The notes: generated by a model from the sequence alone, not told the origin. A stretch of DNA of 64,000 bases from a virus (IMGVR_UViG_3300045747_000505), one strand, 5' to 3'; numbered from the stretch's first letter, positions 8,696 to 18,105 are shown. Translations and numbers: made by a program.

Positions 8696-9466
8696 ATGAG
8701 TGGAATCTACATGTCACAGATCGCTGGGATCTACCCAACGATCGCCAACACCGGTGATCCGTACTTTGGCAACGTCGTGCTGCTCATGCACATGGACGCC
8801 AGCGGTCCCAGCGGCATCTATACTGACTCAAGTCCAATTGCTGCGGCGATGGATGCGGCGAACAATACGGCTGGCACAGTCGCCTCGAGAGCAACTGGAC
8901 CAACCCCAAAGTTTGGCGACACCTACGCTACCTTCGGAACCACATCGTCTGGCATTCTCGTGCCGGCCAATGCCGGTTTTGCTTGGGCGCAGGGTGTTGA
9001 CTTCACGGTCGAGTGCTGGGTGTACGTCACAACCGCCCCGTCTGCGCAGATTTGCGGCCAATGGGCCAACTCGGCGTCAACTGCGCCACGCAATCGTTGG
9101 CAGCTGCACCTGCAAGCAGGTAAGCCGGCTTGGTCAATCGCCCCAACTGATGGGGCTGGCACAGCCATCACGCTATCATCGTCAACGGCGCTCACTACAG
9201 GCGCTTGGAACCACGTTGCCGTCTCGCGCTCAGGTGCGTCGACTCGTATCTTCCTCAACGGTACTCAGACAGGCATCAACACCACGACGCAAAACATTGC
9301 CGTTACCTTCGACCAGACGGTCCGACTTGGCGTTGGACGCGTCATCACTCAAACAGCCGGCGGTCTCGGCACCACCGGTTTGATCGACGACTTCCGCATC
9401 ACAAGCGGTGTCGCTCGCTACACGACGGCCTTCACACCACCGACCGTCGCGTTCCCGAACGCGTAA
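8696..9466 (+). CDS. LamG domain tail-associated protein
   Basis: DPYFGNVVLLMHMD, DFTVECW, WNHVA.SR, IDDFRITSGVARY. Confidence 0.85.
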   Translation: MSGIYMSQIAGIYPTIANTGDPYFGNVVLLMHMDASGPSGIYTDSSPIAAAMDAANNTAGTVASRATGPTPKFGDTYATFGTTSSGILVPANAGFAWAQGVDFTVECWVYVTTAPSAQICGQWANSASTAPRNRWQLHLQAGKPAWSIAPTDGAGTAITLSSSTALTTGAWNHVAVSRSGASTRIFLNGTQTGINTTTQNIAVTFDQTVRLGVGRVITQTAGGLGTTGLIDDFRITSGVARYTTAFTPPTVAFPNA

Positions 9467-9522
9467 CGCTCGAACCTGAAAAGAAGCTTCGGTCCCTTTT
9501 CAGGTTGTGATATACTATACGC

Positions 9523-9756
9523 ATGTCTATAGTAGTATTCTGGCTTTCAGGGGATGTTGCCAACTTCGAACCCTTCACCGACCTTCAACTGGTTGAGTCG
9601 CTCGCCTTCGCCAATCGGGTGCGGAACGACCCAACCAAGTCGCACGTTACGATTTCGTCCGAGCTTGCTGGCTCCGTCGGCAAGGCTGGCGTTACGTCCG
9701 TCGAAGATGGAAAAACCCCAGACGGTCACGATTACACCTGGCGGAAACGCCGCTGA
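9523..9756 (+). CDS. hypothetical protein
   Basis: Follows the -10 box at 9511-9516. Confidence 0.6.
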   Translation: MSIVVFWLSGDVANFEPFTDLQLVESLAFANRVRNDPTKSHVTISSELAGSVGKAGVTSVEDGKTPDGHDYTWRKRR

Positions 9757-9829
9757 GCTGTTACACTTTTGAGTGTGCCGGGCGTCGCGTTCGGTGTATA
9801 ATGACCTGTCGGAACCAAGGAACCCCATC

Positions 9830-10258
9830 ATGCTTTACGTCAAGCTCACCGAATCTGGTCTGCCGCTCGAAGTCTCGAACGACTACCCCGCCGAACTCCT
9901 CGATGGGATTCGCGACCGCGCCTGGCAAAATCGCCACGACTGGACCAGCCGCGCTCAGGTCGATGGCATCGCTCGCTATCTGACCGCCATGACCGGCGAC
10001 CTCTACGTCGGCACCGAACGCAACGCCGAGTACGACATCGTTCGCGCTCCCAAGGTCGGTGACGAAGTCTCCTACGCCTTCAACGGCGACTGCTACCCCG
10101 ATGGCACCGTCGTCAAGGTCTCCAAGACCCTCATCGTGGAAACCTCCACTGGCAAGACCTACCGTCGTCATCGTGACACTGGCGGTTGGGTCTCATCGCC
10201 CGGTGGAACCTGGTACCTCGTCGGTGGTCACGTCTACACTCAAAACCCGAGCTTCTAA
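9830..10258 (+). CDS. hypothetical protein
   Basis: ATG after AAGGA RBS, downstream of promoter at 9797; phage-type codon bias. Confidence 0.7.
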   Translation: MLYVKLTESGLPLEVSNDYPAELLDGIRDRAWQNRHDWTSRAQVDGIARYLTAMTGDLYVGTERNAEYDIVRAPKVGDEVSYAFNGDCYPDGTVVKVSKTLIVETSTGKTYRRHRDTGGWVSSPGGTWYLVGGHVYTQNPSF

Positions 10259-10261
10259 ATC

Positions 10262-10540
10262 ATGTCATACGCACCCCTTCTGAACCTCAGAACCAAGCAG
10301 ACGGTGGACCCGGTCCTCACCGCCGACGACTGGCAGCTCTACGACATGGACGGCGTCGAAGAAGTCGCCAAGTCACTCAACACCTCGCTCGCCTACGCCG
10401 TGGACCTCAACAACGGTCGCGAGTACGTCGAGACGTTCATGGGTGTCGCCATGCGGCGCTACGACATGTTCGGTGCCTTCGACACCGAGCCGCGCTACGT
10501 CCTTCAAGCTCTCCTCAACGTCATCTACCCTCAAGGTTGA
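10262..10540 (+). CDS. hypothetical protein
   Basis: In operon; codon bias. Confidence 0.65.
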   Translation: MSYAPLLNLRTKQTVDPVLTADDWQLYDMDGVEEVAKSLNTSLAYAVDLNNGREYVETFMGVAMRRYDMFGAFDTEPRYVLQALLNVIYPQG

Positions 10541-10545
10541 ACATC

Positions 10546-10902
10546 ATGGCGAAATCCTCACCGAAGATCATGGACTACTCCGTCGAGCTCGCCCTCTACA
10601 AGGCAGCTTGTGAAGCCGCCAGCAAGGCCTGTGCCAGAAAGATCGACGAGAACCCTGGCGTCTGGTACCCGTGTGGCTTCGCCTGGGTCACGATCAAGCC
10701 TGCTCGTGGTCGCTTCATCGACATGCTGAAGAGCCTGCCCGGCGAAACCGGTCGCGTCGGTAGCTCCGGCGGCTGGATGATCTGGAACCCGAGCGGTCAT
10801 CCGACCCAGTGGATGGATGCCAAGATCGCCGGTTGCCACGCCTTCGCCAAGGTCCTGACCGACGCTGGCATGCGCTGCGAAGTCGACTCGCGCATCGACT
10901 GA
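10546..10902 (+). CDS. conserved phage hypothetical protein (CGFAWV family)
   Basis: PCGFAWV.IKPA...GG..IW...Q....A.AFA.VL...SRID; ORF-track start 10186 is likely too long. Confidence 0.7.
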   Translation: MAKSSPKIMDYSVELALYKAACEAASKACARKIDENPGVWYPCGFAWVTIKPARGRFIDMLKSLPGETGRVGSSGGWMIWNPSGHPTQWMDAKIAGCHAFAKVLTDAGMRCEVDSRID

Positions 10903-10974
10903 ATTTCCCTGCCGATGTGCCGCGGTCGGCGGTAGCACATCGGCTTCATTCTCGCCGACTTTAGGAGAAGCCCC

Positions 10975-11496
10975 ATGCAAATAGAAGACCTGAACCCTGC
11001 CGCTTATGCTGGCAACCTTGATGTCACTGAGCGTACTGCTGAGATTGCACGAAACGTTCATCGTCGCCCGCGGTCTGCCCGCCAACGCTCGTACAAGCAG
11101 ATTTTCGAGGATTCGCTGTTGGGCGTTTCGCTCGAGCACGCCGTGCTCGAATACCTCGTCAAGTACGCTCTTGACAATCGCCTCGATTGGACGGTGGAAT
11201 TCGCACCGGACGACAATCGGTCGTATGACCTCTCCATTCTGACTCCCAAGGGCAAATTCCTAGTGGATGTGAAGGCGATGCGAAATTCCGTAAGCGCCAA
11301 AACGTTCACTGTGAACCAATGGGAAGCGGAGAATGCGGACCCGCACACGATTTACATGGTCTTCGACACCGAGGATGAGACCAACTCCTGGTTCGTCGGC
11401 TGGTTTGAGTGTCAAGACCTTCAGCAAAGCTACAAATTCCACGGCTACTTTGTGTGGATGAGCCGTCTCCGCTCTGACGAACAGCTTCCCTTCTAA
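10975..11496 (+). CDS. PD-(D/E)xK-like nuclease, putative
   Basis: E-containing helix (GVSLEHAV), YDL, VDVK motif. Confidence 0.55.
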   Translation: MQIEDLNPAAYAGNLDVTERTAEIARNVHRRPRSARQRSYKQIFEDSLLGVSLEHAVLEYLVKYALDNRLDWTVEFAPDDNRSYDLSILTPKGKFLVDVKAMRNSVSAKTFTVNQWEAENADPHTIYMVFDTEDETNSWFVGWFECQDLQQSYKFHGYFVWMSRLRSDEQLPF

Positions 11497-11505
11497 GGAC
11501 CCATC

Positions 11506-12024
11506 ATGGCCGCCGACCCAGACGCTTTCATCCTTCGTTACCTCGGCGGCATGATCGCCGGCATGATCACCCTTGGCGCCCTGGCAGTTTCGGCTGCCGC
11601 CATTGCCAAGGGCTCCTCTTACCCGCTGCCGCTCGAGAGCAGCGGCAGCGTGATGTCGGTGGAGGGAACACCACGCGCCTTCATCTTCGGCACCGATCGC
11701 AACACGATCTCGCTGGACGGTGAGATCCTCGTCTGCCTTGGCACGAACGAGGTGAACACTCGCGAAGCTGCTTGCACGTCGCCGACTGGGCAGAACGCTT
11801 GGTCGCGCATGACCGAGATTCAGATCGTTGGGCATCGTCCGACGGCCTACGAGTATCGCTACGTCGGCACCTCGCGCCTGCTCATGGTGTACTTCTCTCC
11901 GGTTCGTCCGACGGCGCCCGTCTCGTCAGCCTCTCCGGCGTTCGTGCCGACGGGACCGGTCACCATCAACGCCGACAAGGTGATTGTTCAAAGAGGGCGT
12001 AACAGGCCCGGCCACAACCGCTGA
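11506..12024 (+). CDS. hypothetical exported/membrane protein
   Basis: N-terminal hydrophobic segment. Confidence 0.55.
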   Translation: MAADPDAFILRYLGGMIAGMITLGALAVSAAAIAKGSSYPLPLESSGSVMSVEGTPRAFIFGTDRNTISLDGEILVCLGTNEVNTREAACTSPTGQNAWSRMTEIQIVGHRPTAYEYRYVGTSRLLMVYFSPVRPTAPVSSASPAFVPTGPVTINADKVIVQRGRNRPGHNR

Positions 12025-12077
12025 TTTGTTACAACTTGGCTAAGTACAGGAGGCAACTCCTGTGGTATAATGTCAGC

Positions 12078-12341
12078 ATGGACAAATCTTCTTGCATCGC
12101 CGGTTCCACCGTTCACTTCGTCTGCGACGGACGCGGACGTGGCGGACACTACGCTGTCACCGCCGTGGTCGCCGAAGTGAGGCGCAAGAACGCGCTGGTG
12201 ATCGAGGCCAAGGGTTCGTACAGTCCCGGCACTCGCTGGCTCTGGCCGATCGCTGACCTCAAGACCGCCGAACAGTACGGTGCCGAGTGCGCCGCCACCC
12301 GCGCTGTCATTCGCGAAACGCATCCGGAACTCTTCTCATGA
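12078..12341 (+). CDS. hypothetical protein
   Basis: Directly after TATAAT 12066-12071; overlaps next ATG. Confidence 0.55.
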   Translation: MDKSSCIAGSTVHFVCDGRGRGGHYAVTAVVAEVRRKNALVIEAKGSYSPGTRWLWPIADLKTAEQYGAECAATRAVIRETHPELFS

Positions 12342-13495
12342 ACTTCGATTACGAAACCTTCTATGCCTTGGTAAAGGCATCCCCGCAGTGGCAGACCTTG
12401 GTCAGCACCGTCGAGGACTCACAGTGGCATCGTGAAGCCAACGTCGCCGTCCACACCGAAATGTGCTTGGCCTTCTACGACGAGAACTTCACCTTTCAGC
12501 GGACCGAGCGACAGCGCTTGATGACCTGCGTCGCCTTGACGTTCCACGACTTCGGCAAGCCGGAAGCGGAGGAGGTCGTCGGCCGCGACGACGGCACTCA
12601 CTATCGCCGCTACGCTGGGCACGAACCCGTTTCCGCAAATGAGTTCATAAGCTTCGTCTGCTCCAACACTGCCGTTCGCGACATGTTGTTGGCGGTATTG
12701 ACGTGGGAAGACATCCGCGCCATCAAGGTCATGATCGAACACCACTTGCCGTATGGCTTGAAGAACGAGACGAAGCGCCGCGACTTGCGCACGATGTTGC
12801 AGTACACGTTGGGCGACGAGGGCATGGTGGCCTTCTACGACATGTTGATGTCAGACTGTAACGGTCGCATCTCGGACGACCATGAGACGAAGCGTCAGAA
12901 CGTTTGGACGTGGATTCACGACTTCCACAAGGTTCAGCACGACCATCGTCCGACCATCAACGTCGGTCCGGTCATGTACGTCATGGTTGGTCCGGTGGGC
13001 GTCGGCAAGACGACGTACGTCGAGAAGTTGCGTGAGACGTGGCCAGACTTGATCGTCGTGTCAGAGGACGACTATCGCATGCAGTTCGCGATCGATCACT
13101 TCAACGACATCGACTCGGCCGAGTGGCCGCGGATGGACGCGAAGACGCAGTACGCAACCGCGTGGCAGTTCTGCTTCGACCACGCCAAGGAGTACGACAA
13201 GTACGCTCGGGCTCAGTTGGAAGCAGCCGTCAAGACCGGTCGCACCGTCGTCATCGATCGCACGAACCAGACGAAGAAGTCGCGTGGCATGTGGATCAGC
13301 GCTGGCAAGCAGCATCGCTACATCATCCGCTCGGTGGAGTTCTTCATCTCTGAAGGTGCCATGCACGCTCGGCAGAAGTCTCGGCCGGACAAGGACGTGC
13401 CGTACCACCGGGCTCACATGATCTACACAGCGATCACGACGCCGATGTACCCGACCGAGGTCGACGACTTCGAAGTGGTCTTCAGTGGCTGTTGA
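12338..13495 (+). CDS. HD-domain phosphoesterase / P-loop polynucleotide kinase fusion (HD-Pnk-like)
   Basis: H...HDFGK...H...EHH...D HD residues; GPVGVGKT P-loop; IDRTN kinase motif. Confidence 0.85.
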   Translation: MNFDYETFYALVKASPQWQTLVSTVEDSQWHREANVAVHTEMCLAFYDENFTFQRTERQRLMTCVALTFHDFGKPEAEEVVGRDDGTHYRRYAGHEPVSANEFISFVCSNTAVRDMLLAVLTWEDIRAIKVMIEHHLPYGLKNETKRRDLRTMLQYTLGDEGMVAFYDMLMSDCNGRISDDHETKRQNVWTWIHDFHKVQHDHRPTINVGPVMYVMVGPVGVGKTTYVEKLRETWPDLIVVSEDDYRMQFAIDHFNDIDSAEWPRMDAKTQYATAWQFCFDHAKEYDKYARAQLEAAVKTGRTVVIDRTNQTKKSRGMWISAGKQHRYIIRSVEFFISEGAMHARQKSRPDKDVPYHRAHMIYTAITTPMYPTEVDDFEVVFSGC

Positions 13496-13530
13496 AGATA
13501 AATAGAGGATGCTCATCATGAGGATCCTCT

Positions 13531-14037
13531 ATGCTTATCAAAGAACTGCTCGCTGAAGGCGACGTCATCCACGCTCGCTTCGGTAAATCGAAGATCGACG
13601 ACACACTGCCACCTGAGGTTCAAGCCAAGCTCGGCGCTCGCCTGACCAAGGGTGGCGTACCGGCTGGCGCCAAGGAAATCTCGATGATGCAGGCCTTCGG
13701 GTCTGGCTCCGAGAACGCGCTCGCCGATGCGGGCATCAAGCTCACCGAGAAGCCTGACGAGTGGTCTGACTTCGACGGTCAGGGCTACGCAGCCAAGCGC
13801 AACATTCACGAAGTCGCTCTCAAGAAGGTCGAGAAGGTTCTCGGCAAGCTGAAGACTTGGACTGGCAAGGAAGTGTTCGGCTACGACTCGAAGCCGAAGG
13901 GTCCACAGGTCAGCATCAAGATGAATCCGAAGGACCTCGGTGAGATCGCCATCATCAAGTTCGAGGATGGCACTCGCTATCTCGTCTCACCGACTGGTGC
14001 GAACACCTACATTCGCAACTGGCAGAAGATCGCCTGA
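13531..14037 (+). CDS. hypothetical protein with MLIKELLAE leader (putative virion cargo)
   Basis: Late promoter ATAAATA 13498-13504; leader ending LxE. Confidence 0.65.
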   Translation: MLIKELLAEGDVIHARFGKSKIDDTLPPEVQAKLGARLTKGGVPAGAKEISMMQAFGSGSENALADAGIKLTEKPDEWSDFDGQGYAAKRNIHEVALKKVEKVLGKLKTWTGKEVFGYDSKPKGPQVSIKMNPKDLGEIAIIKFEDGTRYLVSPTGANTYIRNWQKIA

Positions 14038-14038
14038 G

Positions 14039-14650
14039 ATGAAGCTCGCCGATCTGTTTGAGGGCGATACGAAGGTCGTCGACACCGAGGACAAGCTCAT
14101 CGATCTGATTCGGACCGAGTGCAGCACGTTCCTCGCTGCCTACAAGCAGACCGGCAAGTATCTCTTTCGCGGCGTCAAGGGCGCTGGTGCCTTCATCGAC
14201 CTCCCGATTCGCAAGGATCGCAAGCCGGTCGAGATGCCACAGGCCAAGCACAACGCGCTTGAGGCCTTCTTTCAAGAGAAGGGCTTCGAGGTCAATCGCA
14301 CCAACGGTCTCTTCGCCACCGCGCAGTTTCGCCTTGCCGAGGACTGGGGCGATCCCTACGTCATCTTCGTCAAGAACGGTTGGAAGTGCCTGGTGTTCGA
14401 CAACAAGCTTGACGACTACGCCTACTACGACCTCTCGGCTATCGCTGGTCTGTCTATGCGTGGCGATGATTCAGCGGCTGAGGAAGCCTTCGCGCGCCTG
14501 AGGCCACGCGAGTTTCAGACAACTGGCGCGCTGGCCGCCTTCATCAAGAAGGACCCAGTTGAAGCGCTGTTCGCTGGTGAGGGCTACATCGGCATCGATG
14601 TTGATTCGTCGATCTGGCCAACCGTCAAGCAAGCACTGGGATTGAAATGA
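14039..14650 (+). CDS. putative ART-fold protein, paralog A
   Basis: MKLADLFE leader; YLFRG, GLFAT, AEDWG.PY, VEAL; clear paralog of 14647..15390. Confidence 0.6.
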   Translation: MKLADLFEGDTKVVDTEDKLIDLIRTECSTFLAAYKQTGKYLFRGVKGAGAFIDLPIRKDRKPVEMPQAKHNALEAFFQEKGFEVNRTNGLFATAQFRLAEDWGDPYVIFVKNGWKCLVFDNKLDDYAYYDLSAIAGLSMRGDDSAAEEAFARLRPREFQTTGALAAFIKKDPVEALFAGEGYIGIDVDSSIWPTVKQALGLK

Positions 14651-15390
14651 GAGTTGCTGAGCTGTTCGAAGAGTTCGACCGCTACAAGGTTCACGACCTT
14701 GAGGAGCCAAAGGACAAGGAGGTCGAGAAGGTTGACGACGTTCAGAAGCTCGCCGAGAAGATTCGGGCCAACTGCAAGATCATGCTCAAGGCCTATCAGG
14801 AGACTGGCAAGGTTCTCTATCGCGGCGTGAAGGGTGATGGTGCCAATGTCATCGTCACTGGCATTCGTCCTGACCGCAAGCCGGTTCAGATGAACCTGAG
14901 CAAGCACAAGGCGCTCAACAAGTTCTTCGCGAGCAAGGGTCTCAAGGTCACGCGCGGCAACTCCATCTTCACGACGGCAAAGCAAACCGTTGCCGACGAT
15001 TGGGGTGATGTCTACGCGGTCTTCGTCAAGGACGGTTGGACGGCGCAGGTCTACGACAAGTGCATCAACACCTACTCGTTCTACACGATGCGTGACATCG
15101 GTGAAAAGCTTATCGCGCTCGCGGATCGAAAGAAGACTGCGAAGGACAAGAACTCTGGTGAACTTCAACGAAAGTGGGCTCAAGAAGACGTCGAAAAATG
15201 GCCAGGCGAAATCGACGGAATGTTGAAGAGACTTGGCCCGCGAGAGTTCTCCGATGACGCCGCTGACCTGATGACCATCCTTCGAAAGCAGTATCATGAA
15301 GCGCTCATCGTTGGCGACAGCTACATTGGCGTTCGCCGCAAGAGCCCGATGTTCAAGGAGCTCCTCAAAGAGCTTGACATCACATCCTAA
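14647..15390 (+). CDS. putative ART-fold protein, paralog B
   Basis: MRVAELFEE leader; VLYRG, SIFTT, ADDWG.VY, HEAL. Confidence 0.6.
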   Translation: MRVAELFEEFDRYKVHDLEEPKDKEVEKVDDVQKLAEKIRANCKIMLKAYQETGKVLYRGVKGDGANVIVTGIRPDRKPVQMNLSKHKALNKFFASKGLKVTRGNSIFTTAKQTVADDWGDVYAVFVKDGWTAQVYDKCINTYSFYTMRDIGEKLIALADRKKTAKDKNSGELQRKWAQEDVEKWPGEIDGMLKRLGPREFSDDAADLMTILRKQYHEALIVGDSYIGVRRKSPMFKELLKELDITS

Positions 15391-15492
15391 AGCCAAGACG
15401 AGCATCTTTCAAATCGAGTTATGATAGATCTATCGAGTCGTGAGTAGCACTCGGTATTTCTAGGTTGCCCACTGCAGAATCCAACGATTCCG

Positions 15493-15500
15493 TATAAATA
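15493..15500 (+). promoter_or_regulatory. T4-type late promoter TATAAATA upstream of gp32-like gene
   Basis: Exact T4 late consensus, intergenic. Confidence 0.75.
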
Positions 15501-15568
15501 GAATCGCTGACAACGAAGTCAGTGATTTGACAACCGAACCACAACTTTCTCATTTGAAGGAAAACATC

Positions 15569-16471
15569 ATGGCTAAGCGCTCCCTCGCACAACTCACCGA
15601 ACAATTCAAGCAGAAGACCAACGAAGGCTCCACCAACGCCTCGTGGAAATTGTTTTTCCCCTTCTGGAAGGCCGACATGGACACCGTGTCCACCGTGCGC
15701 TTCCTCCCCGACCTTGACGAAGACAATGCCATGGGTTTCCTTGTGGAGAACCTCTCCCACGAGCTGACCATCAATGGCAAGCGTCAAACGGTTCCGTGCT
15801 TGAAGATGTACGGCGAAGAGTGCCCGATCTGCACCCTGTCGCAAGGTTACTACGACGAGAAGTCGCCGGACCACAACGAACAGCTGGGCAAGAAGTACTA
15901 CCGCAAGAAGAGCTACATCGGCCAGGTCCTCGTGATCGACACACCGATCGAGCACGATCAGGACATGCTGGTCAAGCTCATCGAATTCGGCCCTGCCGTG
16001 TTCAAGCAGATTCAAGCCGCGTTCCAATCCGGCGACCTGGAAGAAGCACCGTTCGAACTGAAGGGTGGCTACAACTTCCGCATCAAGAAGTCCAAGAGCG
16101 GCGAGTACGCCTCCTACACGACGTCCAGCTTCGCCCCGAAGCAGACCGACGTGGGTGACGACGTCATCGAGAAGCTGAACCTGTACGACCTCAAGGAACA
16201 CCGCACCGCCAAGGTGTCGCGTGAAGTCCTCGAAGCCATGCTGGTCGCTGATCAGACCGGCGCTCAGTACGGCGATGCCAAGCCGGCTCAGGCCAAGACC
16301 GAAGGTCTCGCCCTCGTCAAGAAGGCCAAGGCCGAAGACGCAGCGGCTCCTGCCGCTGCTTCAGCCGACGCAGCTCCTGCTGCCGACGCTGGCGCCGCCA
16401 AGCCGTCCCTCGTCGATGTCCTCCGCGCTCGTGCCGCTGCCGCCAAGGCAGCTCAAGCCGCCGACGCGTAA
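15569..16471 (+). CDS. single-stranded DNA-binding protein (T4 gp32-like)
   Basis: VRFLP, CLKMYGEECPIC zinc site, GYNFRIKK, low-complexity C-terminal tail. Confidence 0.9.
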   Translation: MAKRSLAQLTEQFKQKTNEGSTNASWKLFFPFWKADMDTVSTVRFLPDLDEDNAMGFLVENLSHELTINGKRQTVPCLKMYGEECPICTLSQGYYDEKSPDHNEQLGKKYYRKKSYIGQVLVIDTPIEHDQDMLVKLIEFGPAVFKQIQAAFQSGDLEEAPFELKGGYNFRIKKSKSGEYASYTTSSFAPKQTDVGDDVIEKLNLYDLKEHRTAKVSREVLEAMLVADQTGAQYGDAKPAQAKTEGLALVKKAKAEDAAAPAAASADAAPAADAGAAKPSLVDVLRARAAAAKAAQAADA

Positions 16472-16477
16472 GCAACA

Positions 16478-16505
16478 AGAGGGTCGATCGCAAGGTCGAC
16501 CCTCT
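16478..16505 (+). terminator. GC-rich hairpin after gp32-like gene
   Basis: AGAGGGTCGA/TCGACCCTCT stem; weak U tract. Confidence 0.55.
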
Positions 16506-16523
16506 CCACTTTAAGGAGACTCA

Positions 16524-17672
16524 ATGGCAGGACTTTCATTCCTCAAAGAATTCAAGAAGTCGATGTCGAAGCTCGATACCGTTGACATCGGACAAATGCG
16601 TCCGGTTGAATGGTTGAGCACCGGCAACTACGCGCTGAACTACGGGCTCTCGGGCTCTTTTCTGCGTGGCATTCCGCTGAACCGTATCACGCTGTTCGCT
16701 GGCCCGTCTGGCGCTGGCAAGTCGTTCATCGGCTCGAACGTGATGGCTTGGGCGCAGAAGTTCAAGGACTATCACATTCTCGCAATCGACACCGAGAACG
16801 CCCTCGACGCTGAGTACCTCGGCAAGATCGGCGTCAACCTCGACGAAGAGCACTTCACGTACGCGCAGGTCACGACGATCGAGGACGTCAACTCCGTGCT
16901 CGCCGACTTCTTCGCCAGCTACCGCAAGGCCTACGGCAAGAACAACCCTGACTCGCCGAAGGTGCTCATCGTCATCGACTCGCTGGCCATGCTGTCAAGC
17001 AAGACCGAAATCGAGAACTACGACAAGGCCGGTGAGATCAAGTCGGACCAAGGCATTCTGGCCAAGCGTCGCAAGGCCATGCTGCGCCTCGCTCTCGGTC
17101 ACCTTCGCTCGCTGCCAATGGCGATGATCTGCACGGACCACGTCTATCCGCAGGACATCATGATGGGCGACGGCGCCTGGGCGATCACCAACTCGACGAA
17201 GTTCTCGTCCTCGATCATCGGCATCATCACGAAGCTGAAGCTCAAGGAAGAAGGCGTCATCACTGGTGTTCGCATGCGCTTCGAGACCTACAAGTCGCGC
17301 TTCGCCGTCATCGGCACCAAGCTCGAGCTGGAGGTTCCGTACGCCACCGGCATGTCAGCGTTCAGCGGTCTGATCGAGCTGCTCGAAGCCATGGGCGTCA
17401 TTGCCAAGGGCACGCAGCCTGGTGAGAAGACCGTCTACATCTGCGAGGTCAACGGCGAGCGCATCAAGTTCAAGAGCGAGCAGGACCTGACCGAAGAGAT
17501 CGTGCAGAAGATCTTTCAGCACCCGAAGGCGCAGCCGATCGACCCACGCCTCGAGCCAGAGACCGACGAAGAAGCCATTGAAGGCATCGTCGATCAGGAC
17601 GAGGTCGTCGCCCCAGCGGCAGCCGAGCTGGTGCTGAAGCGCAAGGCCAAGAAGGTTGAAGAGACAGCATGA
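16524..17672 (+). CDS. uvsX: RecA/UvsX recombinase
   Basis: STGNYALN, GPSGAGKS P-loop, IDTENA, VIDSL. Confidence 0.95.
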   Translation: MAGLSFLKEFKKSMSKLDTVDIGQMRPVEWLSTGNYALNYGLSGSFLRGIPLNRITLFAGPSGAGKSFIGSNVMAWAQKFKDYHILAIDTENALDAEYLGKIGVNLDEEHFTYAQVTTIEDVNSVLADFFASYRKAYGKNNPDSPKVLIVIDSLAMLSSKTEIENYDKAGEIKSDQGILAKRRKAMLRLALGHLRSLPMAMICTDHVYPQDIMMGDGAWAITNSTKFSSSIIGIITKLKLKEEGVITGVRMRFETYKSRFAVIGTKLELEVPYATGMSAFSGLIELLEAMGVIAKGTQPGEKTVYICEVNGERIKFKSEQDLTEEIVQKIFQHPKAQPIDPRLEPETDEEAIEGIVDQDEVVAPAAAELVLKRKAKKVEETA

Positions 17673-17911
17673 GAGCAGTCCACGTGGCACAGACCTTTGA
17701 CGAGGTCTCCATCAACGTCGAGGGAGGTCACCCTCTCACGATCGCGTGGCCGCGTGGTTCGCTCAAAGGCTTGCCTCTCGACCTGCAAGACGGCTATCGG
17801 CACTGGCTCAATCAGCGCCTGATCCTACAACTTGAAGAGCATGGGTTCTCGATCGAAGAGATCGACGAGATCCTCTACCAACTTTCTATCAACTACGAGA
17901 ACCAATCATGA
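17669..17911 (+). CDS. hypothetical protein
   Basis: Coupled ORF. Confidence 0.55.
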   Translation: MRAVHVAQTFDEVSINVEGGHPLTIAWPRGSLKGLPLDLQDGYRHWLNQRLILQLEEHGFSIEEIDEILYQLSINYENQS

Positions 17912-18105
17912 GCAAATCCCAAGAGCAAGGCGTCTCCATCAGCATCGTCCACGGCGGCTACGTGCTGTACGCACCCGACGCCAACGGCGACACGCGCACC
18001 GAGGTCTTCACCTCGACAGCCAAGCTGCTGAAGGCCATCCGCGGCGTCATCGACCAGCACACGCTGCTTCCGAAGAAGGCTGACAAAGACGACGCAGCCG
18101 AGTAA
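17908..18105 (+). CDS. hypothetical protein
   Basis: Coupled ORF followed by hairpin. Confidence 0.6.
   Translation: MSKSQEQGVSISIVHGGYVLYAPDANGDTRTEVFTSTAKLLKAIRGVIDQHTLLPKKADKDDAAE

Noticed and set aside
10186-10545. ORF-track N-terminal extensions (10186, 12287, 13940, 38084, 40299, 42824, 45194, 56808, 59063)
   Set aside because: They overlap upstream genes or promoters; downstream ATGs with RBS fit better and were used instead
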